A stretch of 64,000 bases of DNA from Takakia lepidozioides (taxonomy: Eukaryota > Plantae > Bryophyta). Position numbers and translations under genes: made by a program. The stretch covers positions 61,504,001 through 61,568,000 of the forward strand of contig CM060732.1 of NCBI GenBank assembly GCA_030704615.1, given 5' to 3'. Of this stretch, positions 41,250 to 53,900 are shown piece after piece (the first letter of the stretch is position 1; the number at the start of each line of letters is the position of its first letter). The notes beneath the pieces are model-generated. The model saw only the letters and a list, made by a program, of their open reading frames with translations, was not told the origin of the DNA and did not search any database.

Positions 41250-44200
41250 ATGGAGTCTGACAGAGCAGCTGTCGTGCTGAGATTACAACAGCGCGACGAT
41301 GCTCTTTTTCTGTATGAGGTTGCGCAGTGTCGAGAGTATGGTCTCAACAAGTTAAGATGCCCTTGCAATCACTGTAAGGGTGGACGACCGGTCTCTATAG
41401 AGACAGTGAGAAAACATCTAATGGCCATTCATAGATCCCCTGCGTTCATATCCTGGAGAGGAGCAAGGAGGCATGCTTCTGACAATGAATGGGAAGACAC
41501 GGCCGTGGTGGTTGGTGACGACGTAGCTTTAGCAAATCATCGGACACAGGGAGAATTGGACAGAAATGTTGAGGTACAGCGCATGATCTAAGAGACCTTT
41601 CAGATCATAGACACACTTGAAACTGGAAAATGGGGCAGAAGTGGAATTAGATGACCTAGATGTTCCCGGTGACACGAACATCCCACCAGAAGCCCATGAC
41701 CCGGTTGCGGGTGGGGACTCTCACACTGATGATCCCATCTCATTGGAAGAGGTATGTCTACCTTTATATGAAGGCTGCAAATCCTCTAAGCTTGCATCCA
41801 CCATGCTTATAATGAATCTATGCGCAACACATGGGGTTACAAATGGCTTTGCGGATGAAATATTTTCTTTGCCATAACCAAACGTACTACCCACATCTTT
41901 CTACCATGCAAAGACCATGGTGAGCAAGCTTGGGCTTGCTTATGAGAAGATCGATGCTTGCCCAAAGGGGTGTGTGTTGTTTAGGGGGGACTTGAAAGCT
42001 TCAGAGAGTTGCCCCAAGTGTCAAAGCGCCCGATTCAAAAATATGGGGAGATCCAAGGTACCTGTTAAGGTGCTTCGCCATTTTCCATTGATACCACGCC
42101 TTTTGCGTATATATAGATGCTCTTCTATTGCAGAATTAATGACCTGGCACAGTTGGAATGCAAGCAACGATGGCCTTGTGCGCCATGCAGCTGATTTAAA
42201 GGCTTGGAAACACATTGATGCTACTTGGCCCAACTTTGCAGCAGAGCCTCGCAATGTAAGGCTTGGTTTTTACTTCGATGGAGTCAACCCGTTTGGTGAT
42301 AAGAACAATTGCCGGTCAGTGTTGACGCTGGTATACAACCTACCTCCCTGGCTCACTACAAAGAAGTTCTTCGTCATGCTTACTCTCTTGATTCCAGGAA
42401 AGCAGTCAGTTACAAGTGAGCACATAGATGTGTACTTAACACCACTGATGGAGGAGTTACTTGTTTTGTGGAGGGAGGTTCGGGCATATGACATATGCAA
42501 ACCTATTGATGAGAGAACCTTAATACTATGCGCCATACTACTGTGGAGCATCCACTATTTTCCTGCTTATGGCCTACTTGCAGGATGTGTCACAAAAGGC
42601 TACAAAGGGTGTCCAGTATGCGGTCCTTATGTAGATGCAAGACACTCAAAAGTTTTGGGCAAAACTGTCTACCAAGGTCACCGCAGGTTCCTCCCTCAGG
42701 CCCATCCATACCGCAGGAACCGCATACACTTCAATAGACAGGTGGAGATGCGTGCGAAGCCACATCGGTTCACACCGGTTGAACAAGAGGCCGCTAGTGT
42801 TGAGGCTGAAGGTTATGACCTTCACCCCCATGCTTTTCCTGATGTTGAAGTTCATCCAGCCAAGGTTCATGGTATCAAAAGGCGCAGCTGCCTATGGGAT
42901 TTACCATACTAGAAGGTACCCCCTGCACTTGTACTTGTTTGAGTTCAATGTTTTTTGTAAATGGAAAAGGTAGTGCCCCTGTAGTGGTTACTTCTTACTT
43001 TCCGAGTGGTAAAGTAGCAGTACTGCATGTAATTTGGACTTCACATTAATAACTCGTGGAGTGGTAAAAGGTAGTATCCATGATGCTCAGGAAGTTGTTG
43101 ACATCACTTGAGAGGCTAATAATGCACTAAATGAGTTGTTTGAACCACTGAGGAGGGACTGTCATACATCACAGCCACTTTAGACATGGAAGCATATAGT
43201 GCTCATAAAAGAATCTGATTTGTATAGGATTGCAATCTGTTGGAATGTTCCTGAAATGGTGTCACCAATTGCAGGATCTGTTGCAACGCTACTTACTGGA
43301 TCCCATGCATTGCGAAAAGAATTTTTGTGAAAACTTGTTGAAGACGATTTTCGGACGGAAGGACACGGTGAAGGTGAGGAACGACATGGAGGTAATCCGC
43401 ATTAGACGTCACTTGTGGCTTCGGCCTGATCCACAGAACCCTTCACGTATCATGAAACCAGTAGCTCCGTATGTTCTCACTCCCGCTGAAATCACGATAT
43501 TTCTTGATACTTTGGGGGCTATCAAAACTCCTTCGGGATTTGCAGGTGCATTTCAGAAACACATACACCCATCTAGGAAACATTTGACGAGTATGAAGTC
43601 CCATGATTATCACGTTTTAATGCAACAGATTTTACCTGTGTGTATTCGCCATTGCATGGCTCCAGGCCCACGTGGGGTCATTATGCGTGTGAGTCGCATT
43701 TTCCGCCGGATTTGTGCCAAAGTATGGGACCCTAACGAAATAGATTCATTGCGTGAGGATGTTGCTATAACCTTGTATCTGTTAGAGAAAGAGTTCCCCC
43801 CTTCTTGCTTTGATGTCATGACCCATTTGCTAGTTCATCTCGTAGATGAACTAGACACATGTGGTCCGGTGTCTTCACGGTGGATGTATCCCATGGAGCG
43901 TTACATGAAAGATCTCAAGGGATACGTTAGGAATTACGCAAAGCCAGAAGGGAGTATGGCTGCAGGGTATGTTCTTGATGAGGCCATGGGGTTCATGAGT
44001 GAGTATATGCAATCATTTGATGCAACTCAACGACGGATTTGGGATGCAAATGCGGAGGAAGGGGTTGAGAACGAGGTCTTGGAAGGTGTCGGCAAAAAGT
44101 GGGACATGAGTGGAGCTGAGAGATGCAGCACATTTGTATGTGCTGAACAATACCAATGTGATGGTTCCTTGGGTGCAGTGAGTTCTTCTTTTCATTGCAC

Positions 44201-45377
44201 CTTATTCATATCCAGTTCAAATGCAATTGTGACTGTCACCAGTGTAATAGAACCACCTACAAAGTCACAAATGTCAGTGGTTCATCGTGATGATAACCAC
44301 TTCTGTAGTAACTGAATGTCTAAGTGAGTGACTTTTTGGAAGAGCATGTTCATTTACAAGTCATTCTGCTCACTCATCCAGTGGTTTTCAAAGTATCATT
44401 CATGCTAGGTATTTTTGCAAAGTAATGCAACACTTCATTGCTAACATGTGTCATTTTTGTTGCCATTTTGTGACAAAAAGTATGCAACAGAGAAGACACA
44501 GTTCACTGCAGACAGAGAGGCATATGCTCGTGAGTGGTGTGCCAATCGTCGACGTCACCGCCGCCTTCCGGTGCCATACCCTCCCCATTTGTTGGAGTTT
44601 CCACCCCTACCAGTATGGATACGCCGTGCAGTCCAGGCCCATATCTCTGAGCCTGGTGTTGAGGATACGGATGGAATTCATTTGTCTACTCCCCCCTCAT
44701 TGAGATCAACTTCATTTCGTGGCATGAAGGCGTATGGAAATCATTATCGAGTGGATGACACAGAGAGTCGTCTTCTTGTCTCTTTTGATTCTGGAGTTGC
44801 ATCCGTCTTCCAGCAACAGAGCAGAAATAGTGTGCGTGATAGAAATCCAGTCATGTCACCATTGGAGTACGTTGGGGTCATCAAAGAGATCTTCAAATTG
44901 GATTATGGATGAGTGCATCCCATTGTATTTCGTTGTGCTTGGGTGAGGGCCAACCTCGTTGGACAAAATGCTACAATGAAGCGGGATTCGTATGGTTTTC
45001 TACTTGCAAATTTTGGGGGGATGTTACCCGCTAATGATCAGCCGTTCATCTTTCCATCTCAAGTTGAACATGTGTTCTTTTCGGATGAGTCCCCAAGTTT
45101 GGAGTGGAAGGTAGTCCTTCGGAAGGATCCAAGAGCAAAAAGGATTGTGGCGGACATAGATCAATGTGACATTGGAGAAAATGCAGATTTCGATGGCCTT
45201 CAGGCACCGTCCACCTTATCAGATCAGCCAATACCTAGGTCATTAGATGGTGCCACAGCTCTAAATAAAGAAGACCTGGCTATGTTGGCTACCATTCAAG
45301 CGGCGTTTGTGCAACCAACCGCTATTCCAGTTGAGCAAAGTGATTCAGAGGGTGACGAATATGTTTCAGATTCATAA
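41250..45377 (+). pseudogene. CACTA TnpD-like transposase (Transposase_21/DUF4218/DUF4216-like) with introns and a few stops
   Basis: Motifs include RCPCNHC, YEKIDACPKGCVLF..CPKC, LRHFPLIPRL, EPRNVRLG..DGVNPF, YNLPPW, LDPMHCEKN, MKSHDYHVLMQ, WMYPMERYM and QPFIFPSQVEHVFF. Probable introns lie at about 42916-43274 and 44180-44480. In-frame stops occur at 41589, 42910 and 44910. Confidence 0.92.
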
Positions 45378-46047
45378 TAAAGTTTATTGTTGGAACCATT
45401 TGTTCAATAGCATCATGCCACAATGGTCTGGCCATTTGTCTGTTTTTCAAAGTCTGTCACAGCTGCACAAACCACTTAAATTTTTTTATGTATCACCCAA
45501 AAAGTGGTACCAATCACTTGTCTGTAGGCAACCACTTATGAACAACCACTAGAATAGTGGTTCCAATTATTGCAGTATCTTTCACCACCCACTCTCCACC
45601 ACTGTCAAAGTGGTACAAATCAATGAGGTGTCTTTAACCACTCAAGATCAACGTGCACTGTCCCCGTCCACGTGGAATATTATATTTATGAATTAAAATA
45701 TATTTCCAAATCATAAATCACAAATAAAATTTGAATTATTACACGTGGAGTAGCAAGTGGTTTCAACCACTTCCCATCACTGAGGTGTCTATAACCACTC
45801 ACAATGTGCCACTGCACTCGTCCATGTGGAATATTATATTATATTTAATTAAATGTATTATCAAATAAATAACAATAAATAAAAACAATTTATTACACGT
45901 GGACTATTGAGTGGTTGAAACCACTTCCAACCACTGTCTGAGATGCCATCGTGGCATTTCATTGGGATTAACCACTGGCAAGTGGTTACTAGTGGTTTAT
46001 AGAGTGGAAAAAGACAGTAGTGGTTAAAGGGCCAATGGTTATTCCAC

Positions 46048-46288
46048 ATACAACGACGAGATGTACAATACAATAGAAGTCCTTAACAAAAATGGCCAAA
46101 AAATGGATGGAGAATCCGTACGTTCAAGGGATCTCGTTGCAGTCAAGTGTAACATCCGATATTGCATGAATTTCCGTCACAAGAAACACGGGCTTTCATT
46201 CCAACTAAAAGGGGTCAAACTGTTGGCCAAAGCACGAGAGGAGACAGAGTTGAATGACGACAATTGGAGCAAAAGCATAGCTTGGTAG
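46048..46288 (+). pseudogene. 3' part of the CACTA-interrupted ORF, possible OB-fold ssDNA-binding protein C-terminus
   Basis: IEVLNKNGQKMDGESVRSRDLVAVKCNIRY...KHGLSFQLKGVKLL followed by an acidic tail ending in Trp resembles the final strands of gp2.5-like/NCLDV SSBs (pattern judged by eye). Confidence 0.4.
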
Positions 46289-46959
46289 AGCTTAAATTAG
46301 ACACATCTAAACGTTCCATGTAAGGGCCACCATATTTTATAAACACCAAAGACCTTCTCCTCTTCAAAAAGTCTATATTTTGTCCCAATGCATGCTCACA
46401 ACGGATAATAAAAAAATATTGATTTATCATAGTCCAAATCTACTTGTTGTACCAAGACGACCCATGGAAAACCCCTCCCCCCCCCCCCTCCCAATCGGAA
46501 CTGCGTGACCAACATTTTGGCAGGCTGCATGATCCGTAATCTCTCTCATGATCCTTGAGTATGGCCCATCCGTCCGGACGTCCTTCTCAGAAGTCGTCGC
46601 TAGTAGTGCGGAGCAACGCGAAGCCGTAGTTCTAGCGACGACCGAAGGTTGAGAACTAGTTTAGCGTAGAGCAGGAATAGGGTGCCATAGTGCCACGTCA
46701 TCATCGCCACGTTTCGTTGCCACCTGTCGTCGCCACGTTTCGTACGTCGTCAATTTCTTTGGGCATTGCCCAGTCTGTCCGAAAATAACTGGGAAAAAAA
46801 CCCGGATAGATGATGCCCCCGCGTCCTTGATCGCGTTTACAAGGTTCTTGGAAGAGTCAGCCTGGTCTTATGCCGTGTTTCAATCTCTTTCTGCTCAGCT
46901 GCACCGTGGTGGTTGTCACAGACCAATCTGGCATTAGTACCTGACTACAGACACAAGCA

Positions 46960-47420
46960 GCACACAGAATGTGGAACCTTTGACCAATGGTACGTGAAGG
47001 GATGACGCCCACCAAGGTCACGTTCGTTTCTGCTCTCAGCGGCGTGTGCCAGCATAGGTGCCCTGGAAAAGGGAAAACAGGTCCAAGCTGACATTATGAA
47101 AGCTGGAATTGCACCAAATATCATTCTAGTGGCTGCCCTTGCTGCCATCTATGCCAAGTGCGAGAGCATGAAGGAGGCCCGTCGAGTTTTCGTCAATATG
47201 GCTAGACGAGATGTGGTTTCATGGAGTGCGATGATTGTAGGATATGCTCAGCAAGGGTGTGGTCAGGAGGCCTTGGAGACCTATGAGCAAATGATATGGG
47301 AAGGGTGGGTATCGGACAAAGTCACATTCACTTCCGTTCTTGATGCATGTGCCAGCCTAGCAGACCTGGAAAAGGGCAAAAAGATCCATGCTGATATTAT
47401 CAAAGCCAGAATTGAGCCAC
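46960..47420 (+). pseudogene. PLS-class PPR fragment
   Basis: ALAAIYAKCESMKEARRVF..RDVVSWSAMIVGYAQQG.GQEALETYEQM..DKVTFTSVLDACASLADLEKGK. Confidence 0.85.
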
Positions 47421-47639
47421 CCGGCATCCTTGAGCGCGGAGGGGTTTCACGCAATATGGTGACGGCACCCTCTTCTTCGACCTATTTCAGCCTGTTTTTG
47501 CCTCTCATCAGACTCGGCCCTGAGATGCATGTTATCAGAATCAGCCCTAAATTTTCATGTTGAATTCTGCAAGTTAGTTGGTTGACTAAACCTTTGATAG
47601 TTTGGAGTGACTGACATGATACTGCCAATGTGACAACAG

Positions 47640-50542
47640 GAAAGTATCCAGAAACAAGTAACAGAGACGAGAAGTTGTGGAATGAATACTTTTCTGACCC
47701 CTGTTAATGGTGGGACAATCGAGGCAAAAAGGTAAATGCCTGTTGGATTACAGAGAGTAGCAGATGCAATTGAGCATAGGAACTAGTGTGATAAGTTGAG
47801 TTGGGTGTTTCCTAGAACAAATCTAGGCTGTCATTGTCAGCTGCTAGCAGCAAAGCAAGGATGTATGCATGATTTGTACATAGGCATGGATAGTTGAAGG
47901 AGTAGGGATAGAGCGTGGGCCGGACTTCAAGCTCCAAATGACCTATGATTCCCTGTGGATCAATAGCTACAAGAAACCTGCATGGGGAAATGGTCAACTA
48001 ACTAGCGCAACATAAAGAGTGCAGTCTTAACATTCAGTGACAAGTTGCCATCACACCCCATCGATTCATCAGCTCCTGACAGCGGGTGTTGCACATATAT
48101 TACTATGCTCAAATTCATGGGCATATACCGTTACCACAACTTCTAAAAGAGGATCAAGAGAGGGAGTCCACAATGCCTCTTCTGGCACTTCTGGGCAAGT
48201 GAAGATGCTTTGTGAGGCAAGTAGACTGAAAGAGGCTCTACAGACTTTAAACCAAGGAGGAATTTCAGCAGATTCAGATACGTATGTCTGTCTCTTGCAT
48301 AAGTGCATCAAGATGAAAGGCCTCAAAGCTGGAAAGCACGTGCACACGAGGGGTGAAGCCCATCCACATCACGTTCGTTTGTGTTTGCGGACTCAGAATC
48401 AGATCCTTGAAAACCGCTTCTTCCGCCATGACTTAACCTGTTTGATAGGGCAATCCTGCTTCCAAGATAGAGTCGATTAACTTAGGGTATGTGTTTTTAG
48501 TCCTACATTGCAACTGACCCAACCATCTGACCTTGAATTCCTCTCGTCTGGAGGGAGAGATAGAGAGAGTATTCCTAAGACGTTGTTTGCCGTAGCCTTG
48601 TGGCCATTGACTCCGCACCCAGTTTGAGCGGAACACAAAGGGATAGAACCTACCTTTGTCAGGGGCCGACGCCCGTAGACTTACCTTGGAATAAACAATT
48701 GATCCGGGTTTTCCAGATATCCTCTAGAAATCCCTTTACACAAGCATCGACCTGTTGTGTGTGGTTTGCCCAATAACTAAGCCCCAAAAGGGCCTGGGCG
48801 TTTGGCTCAGCCTCGAGACTTTCAAAGTTGGTAAACAGAGGTACAAGCGTATGAGCAAATGATGCGCGAAGGGGTGAAGCCCAACCACATCACGTTCGGA
48901 TGCATTTGCAATGCGTATGCAAGCCTGGGAGCCCTGGAAAAGGGGAAAGAGGTCCATGATGACCTCGTCAAAGCTGGAATTGTACCAGATGTCATTCTGA
49001 ACACTGCCTTGGTGGACAATATGTATGCCAAATGTGCGTGCATTAAGGATGCAAAGGCAGTTTTCAACAATATGCAGGCTGAATGAGATGTGGTGTCGTG
49101 GAGCGCGATGCTTGCAGGGTATGCACAGCAGGGACGTGGGGTGGAGGCTTTGGAGACCTATGAGCAAATGATGGGGGAAGGGGTGAAGCCCAACCACATC
49201 ACGTTCGTTTGCATTTGCAATGCGTGTGCAAGTCTGGCAGCCCTGGAAAAGGGCAAAGAGGCCCATGGCGACATCGTCAAAGCTGGAATTGTACCAGATG
49301 TCATTCTCAACAATGCCCTGGTGGACATGTATGCCAAATGTGGGTGCATTAAGGATGCAAAGGCAGTTTTCAAGGAGGCATTTTAGTAGATTCAGATACA
49401 TATGTCTGTCTCTTGCATAGGTACAAGATGAAAGGCCTTGAAGCTGGAAAGCAGGTGCACACTCACATTATCCAAAGTGGATTTAACAAACTACTCAACA
49501 CCCTTGTCAACATGAATGTTAAGTGCGGGAGCATCATGGATGCTCACCATGTGTTCAACGGAATGCCTCAACCATCTTTGATCACGTGGAATATAATGTT
49601 GGTGAGGTTTATCAACCATGGGTGTGGTACGAATGCTTTGGAGACCTATGAGCAAATGATGCGCGAAGGGGTGAAGCCCAACCACATCACGTTCGGTTGC
49701 GTTTGCAATGCGTGTGCAAGCCTGGGAGCCCTGGAAAAAGGCAAAGAGGTCCATGATGACCTCGTCAAAGCTGGAATTGTACCAGATGTCATTCTGAACA
49801 CTGCCCTGGTGGACATGTATGCCAAACATGGGTGCATTAAGGATGCAAAGGCAGTTTTCAACAATATGCAGGCTTAACGAGATGTGGTGTTGTGCAGTGC
49901 GATGCTTGTAGGGTATGCACAACAAGGATGTGGGGTGGAGCTTTGGAGACCTATGAACAAATGATGGGGGAAGGGGTGAAGCCCAATCACATCACGTTTG
50001 TGTGCGTTTGCAATGCGTGTGCAAGCCTGGGAGCTCTGGAAAAGGGCAAAGAGGCCCACGGCGACATCGTCAGAGCTGGAATTGTACCCGATGTCATTCT
50101 AAACAATGCCCTCGTGGACATGTATGCCAAATGTGGGAGCATCGAGGATGCGAAGGTAGTGTTCAACAATATGGCTGAATGGAATGTGGTGTCATGGAAC
50201 GTGATGCTTGCAGGGCATGCACAGCAGGAGCGCGGGATGGAGGCTTTGGAGACGTGTGAGCAGATGATGGTGGAAGGGGTGAAGCCCGACCACATCAAAT
50301 TTGTGCGTTTGCAAGCCTGACAGCCCTGGAAAAGGGCAAAGAGGTGCATGGTTGTATCGCAAAAGCTGGAATTGTACCAGATGTGATTCTGAACGATATC
50401 CTGGTGGGCATGTATGCAAAATGTGGGTGCATCGAGGATGCGGAGGGAGTGTTTGACAGTATGGCTGAATGAGATTTGGTGTCGTGGAGTGCGATGATTG
50501 CAGGGTATGCACAACAAGGGCGCGGGATGGAGGTTGGAGACC
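47640..50542 (+). pseudogene. PLS-class PPR pseudogene with N-terminal OSB-type PDF-motif exons; cut off by the MULE-like insertion
   Basis: LWNEYFSDPC*WWDNRGKK (intron) ..PDFKLQMTYDSLWI..PAW precedes VKMLCEASRLKEAL..GISADSDTYVCLL and near-identical PLS triplets. PPR homology stops abruptly at GGAGACC (50542). Confidence 0.85.
48432..48838 (-). mobile_element. Two rearranged fragments of the LINE family seen at 39390-40550
   Basis: 48432-48550 aligns with about 40088-40210, and 48577-48838 aligns with about 39394-39660. Confidence 0.85.
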
Positions 50543-50960
50543 AGCGTAGCTACGGCGTGAGCCCAGCCCCGTGAGCCTAGGAGCTGAGCTCACGTTCAAG
50601 CTTTGAAGCGTGAGCTGAGCTCACGCTTCAGGGAAGCGTGAGCGGCATGAATCTGCTGGAGAAGCAGGTCCTATAGGCGAGGATTGCAGGAAGAGGGCCT
50701 ATTACCGTGGACAAAACAAAGGAGGCCACCATGCACCATGTCTGCAATGCGTGCCAAAAAAGAGGAATATGTAAACATGTCAGATTTGAGCTCAGAATGA
50801 TTGACACAGTTTATTTCAATTCACAGAGAGACGCTTACAATGAATCGCAAGTGCATTTGCCCTCACAAGTGAACGAAATGTATATGTTTGTCATAAAATG
50901 AAAAGTCTTCACACGACAACCTGGAAACCAGCATGGGAAGCGGGCATGGCTCGTATGTGT

Positions 50961-53900
50961 TCAAAGAGAAGTTGGCGGAGCTCTACGCGAGGTGTCCCGC
51001 TGCAGAAGGGTGATGACTTCTCCGTAGCCTAGTGTGGCTTGGTGAATGAATTGGTCTCTCTTACCGTCGCAACACATAATTACAAGGTATATGTAATATT
51101 GATGCTTGCAGGGGACCCACTTCCCTCTCATGCCGAGAGCGCCCTCACGCATCGTTACAAAATCCGGACAAGTGCACGATGGGAAATTCCCAATGGTAAC
51201 TTGATATTCTTTGGCATGAAGAACTGAGCCAATTGACAGCACTGTGTAAATCCGTCCATACCCCGGGGAAGGGACTTCGGTGATACGAGCCACCGTAGCC
51301 TGCAAAATTCTAGCCGATTCCATCTTGCATTCGTGATCTGCACCCGAAGCAACACGGCGCACTGTTTTTCCATCTCTTTTTTTGGGTGGGAGTTGGCACC
51401 GGGTGGAGGCATTGTCGGAGCATGTGGCACATCTGTGCCGACAGTGCATAAGGGCACCACCCGGGACCGTGCAAGACAAAACCCTCCCTCCTCCAGCATG
51501 CTTATCTCGGTTGAGGACAGCGATGTCCCAATTTGCACAGGCCAAATTGCGGGGGGAGGGGGCTTCATTATCACGGAAGGACGAACTGTTCCCTTCACGC
51601 ATCGTGCCATATCGTCTGGGCAGAACCAAAACTTGTGCTCTTTTGACTCCCCACTATGATAAGGTCGGAACAACCCTGTGAATGTTGGAGCTGGAGTCCC
51701 CCTGGAGCCTTTGCATATTTTTGATTTGCATTTCTTGAAAGAGGGGGTCCGAATTGCCATGCAAGCCACTCTAGATCCTGGTGGGGTGCGTTCTATATGC
51801 CAGTCACTATCAATGCAATCAGATTCCTGCACCATGGCCACCACCTCCTCCAATGGGATTTCCGCTGCTATGCTTGCATGTTCCGCACCTGCTCCACAGG
51901 AGGAGGACCCACCTGGGAAGGGGCCGGCACAGGACTTAGTCTGCACTGGAGACACCTTTGGCACAGAGAAATTGACCCTGTCTGGCCTATGGGAATCTCC
52001 ATCTGACCCTGGAAGAGTGTTTAATTTCCTTTTGCATGATCCAAATCTTTCCTCGCCTTCCAAATGGGGGAGCCTGGATTGCAGAGGGGAACCTTCAGTG
52101 CACCTGTTTAGAGCTCTGGCCATCTTTGACGGGTCTCCGGACCTACTCGCAGCCCTTAGCATCAACAAAGTCGAATCGGGGCCCTTCCCTCCACCCCGTC
52201 CCATCAGAAAATTGCGGTACCTGGTTTGTTGTGTAAGTGCCCGCACCATGTCATCAGCAGTGGCCACATACAAGTCACGACCTGCTTTGGTAGACTGTTG
52301 CATCCAGGCGTTGTGAACAGTCTCTGCCAAATTACACGATGGCATGTCGGCCAAGTCCTCCAAGGACATGTCCTGCAGGAGGCATTGCATGGAAATGTGA
52401 GGAAGGAAAAGAAATGGTAGAGGTTATTCAAGTGACAATCGAACAACCCCAAATGAACAGGCACGATGCAAAGTGCAATTTGTGTTCAAGGAAAACTTGT
52501 GAGGCTTACCGTCGTCATGAAAGCTCCCCACTGTCTGTACCTGAAGTGCCAGAAAACCAACCAGTCCTCCAACTCCTTCAGGTGGATACCTGTAGCAGCA
52601 CCAGCGGAGAACCACCAAGCCCGGATTGCCTGGTAAGTGCTCTCTGCTTCTCCCATTGAGGTGGCATTCTTGTACTTCAGACAGAGCCTTCTATGCTCCA
52701 ACTGAAGGTCAGGGCGAATGCAGCGCTTTGTATGACGTGCCAGAGATTGACTCCAATGGAAGAGGCATGTGCGCTCCCTATTTTCCATGGGGACCTTAGG
52801 ATCCCCAGAACCAAACACGCGCCGCACTGCATTGAAATTTGCCTGTGCACTATCAGCCATGAAGCCCGCAAAGTTTGTGTTCTGTATTCCATTGCGCTGC
52901 ATGACGGTCAGGAGGGACTTCCACATGAGCATCTGGGATTCAGTGTCCTCCGACTGCATATCACAAATTGCTATGGAGAGCACACGCTGGTACGCTGGAT
53001 CATACACATGGCACGCCATGGTTGTCCAACCCTTCACCCGTTTGCAGTGATCAAACATTAACCAACATTTAGCCAAATCTCCTCCAGGTTGCATTCGGCG
53101 GACAATGCTCACACCACTGCCTTGGCCCACAGCGGACATCTTGAACAAATACACTTTGGACGAGCCCTGGCCAGGGAACATACTGTTTTGAATGAATTCA
53201 TAGCGACTCCTCCGTTTGAGGTCCATAATGTTGTCCATGAATCCAGCAGTGCCTGTGCCCATTCTGAGTGCATTCACCTGGTTTCGAATATTGGGAGAGC
53301 TCAACACGGAGAAATGGTCCATGACTGCCTCAAGGGAATCTGCATCCAGCATTGGCTGTGTCGAATCCCCTTCACCCAGTATGTGTTTTTCCAGGAATGC
53401 CTTGCTAGCTGCAAGCGCTATAGCAGAAGGTGTTGCAGAAGGGGCATTATGGAACTCTTGCTTCAGTAGATTTCTAGCGATGTCCACGCTATCCCTGCAA
53501 CTCCCTTTGGACACAGGATGCTCGTGTGCACCCATATGAATGCAGGCACGAGTCATTGTCTTGCATCGATGTGCCACCTGATACATACGAGCGTGGCAAA
53601 CAGAAACACAGGACGGGGAAAGTTTGCAGAACCTGCACACAAAAGTATTGGTATTGGGAGGTGCAAGCCCTGGGGTGAAAGGATTCAGGGGCACACCTTC
53701 CCACTCACTTTCGTTTGGCTGAGCGCTGTTTCTCAGCCGAGGGCAAGAAATATTCAGGCACTTGCAATGCCCAACGCAAACCGACCTCCGAAATTTCAAG
53801 CCAATGTCGTTATGGATGTTCGAAGTTTTTGTCCTGCACCAAGGATGTCCGTCATGTTTCTTGTCCATGCCCTGCAGAAGCCCAGCCAGTCCACTGGAAG

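Larger units (their letters stand above)
35513..46047. mobile_element. CACTA (En/Spm) transposon with two divergent genes; right terminus truncated
   Basis: It starts CACTAGAAGAAAA at 35513, with many ACCACT/AGTGGT subterminal repeats at both ends. The right end AGTGGTTA..TGGTTATTCCAC mirrors the left subterminal sequence but lacks the final TAGTG. Confidence 0.88.
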
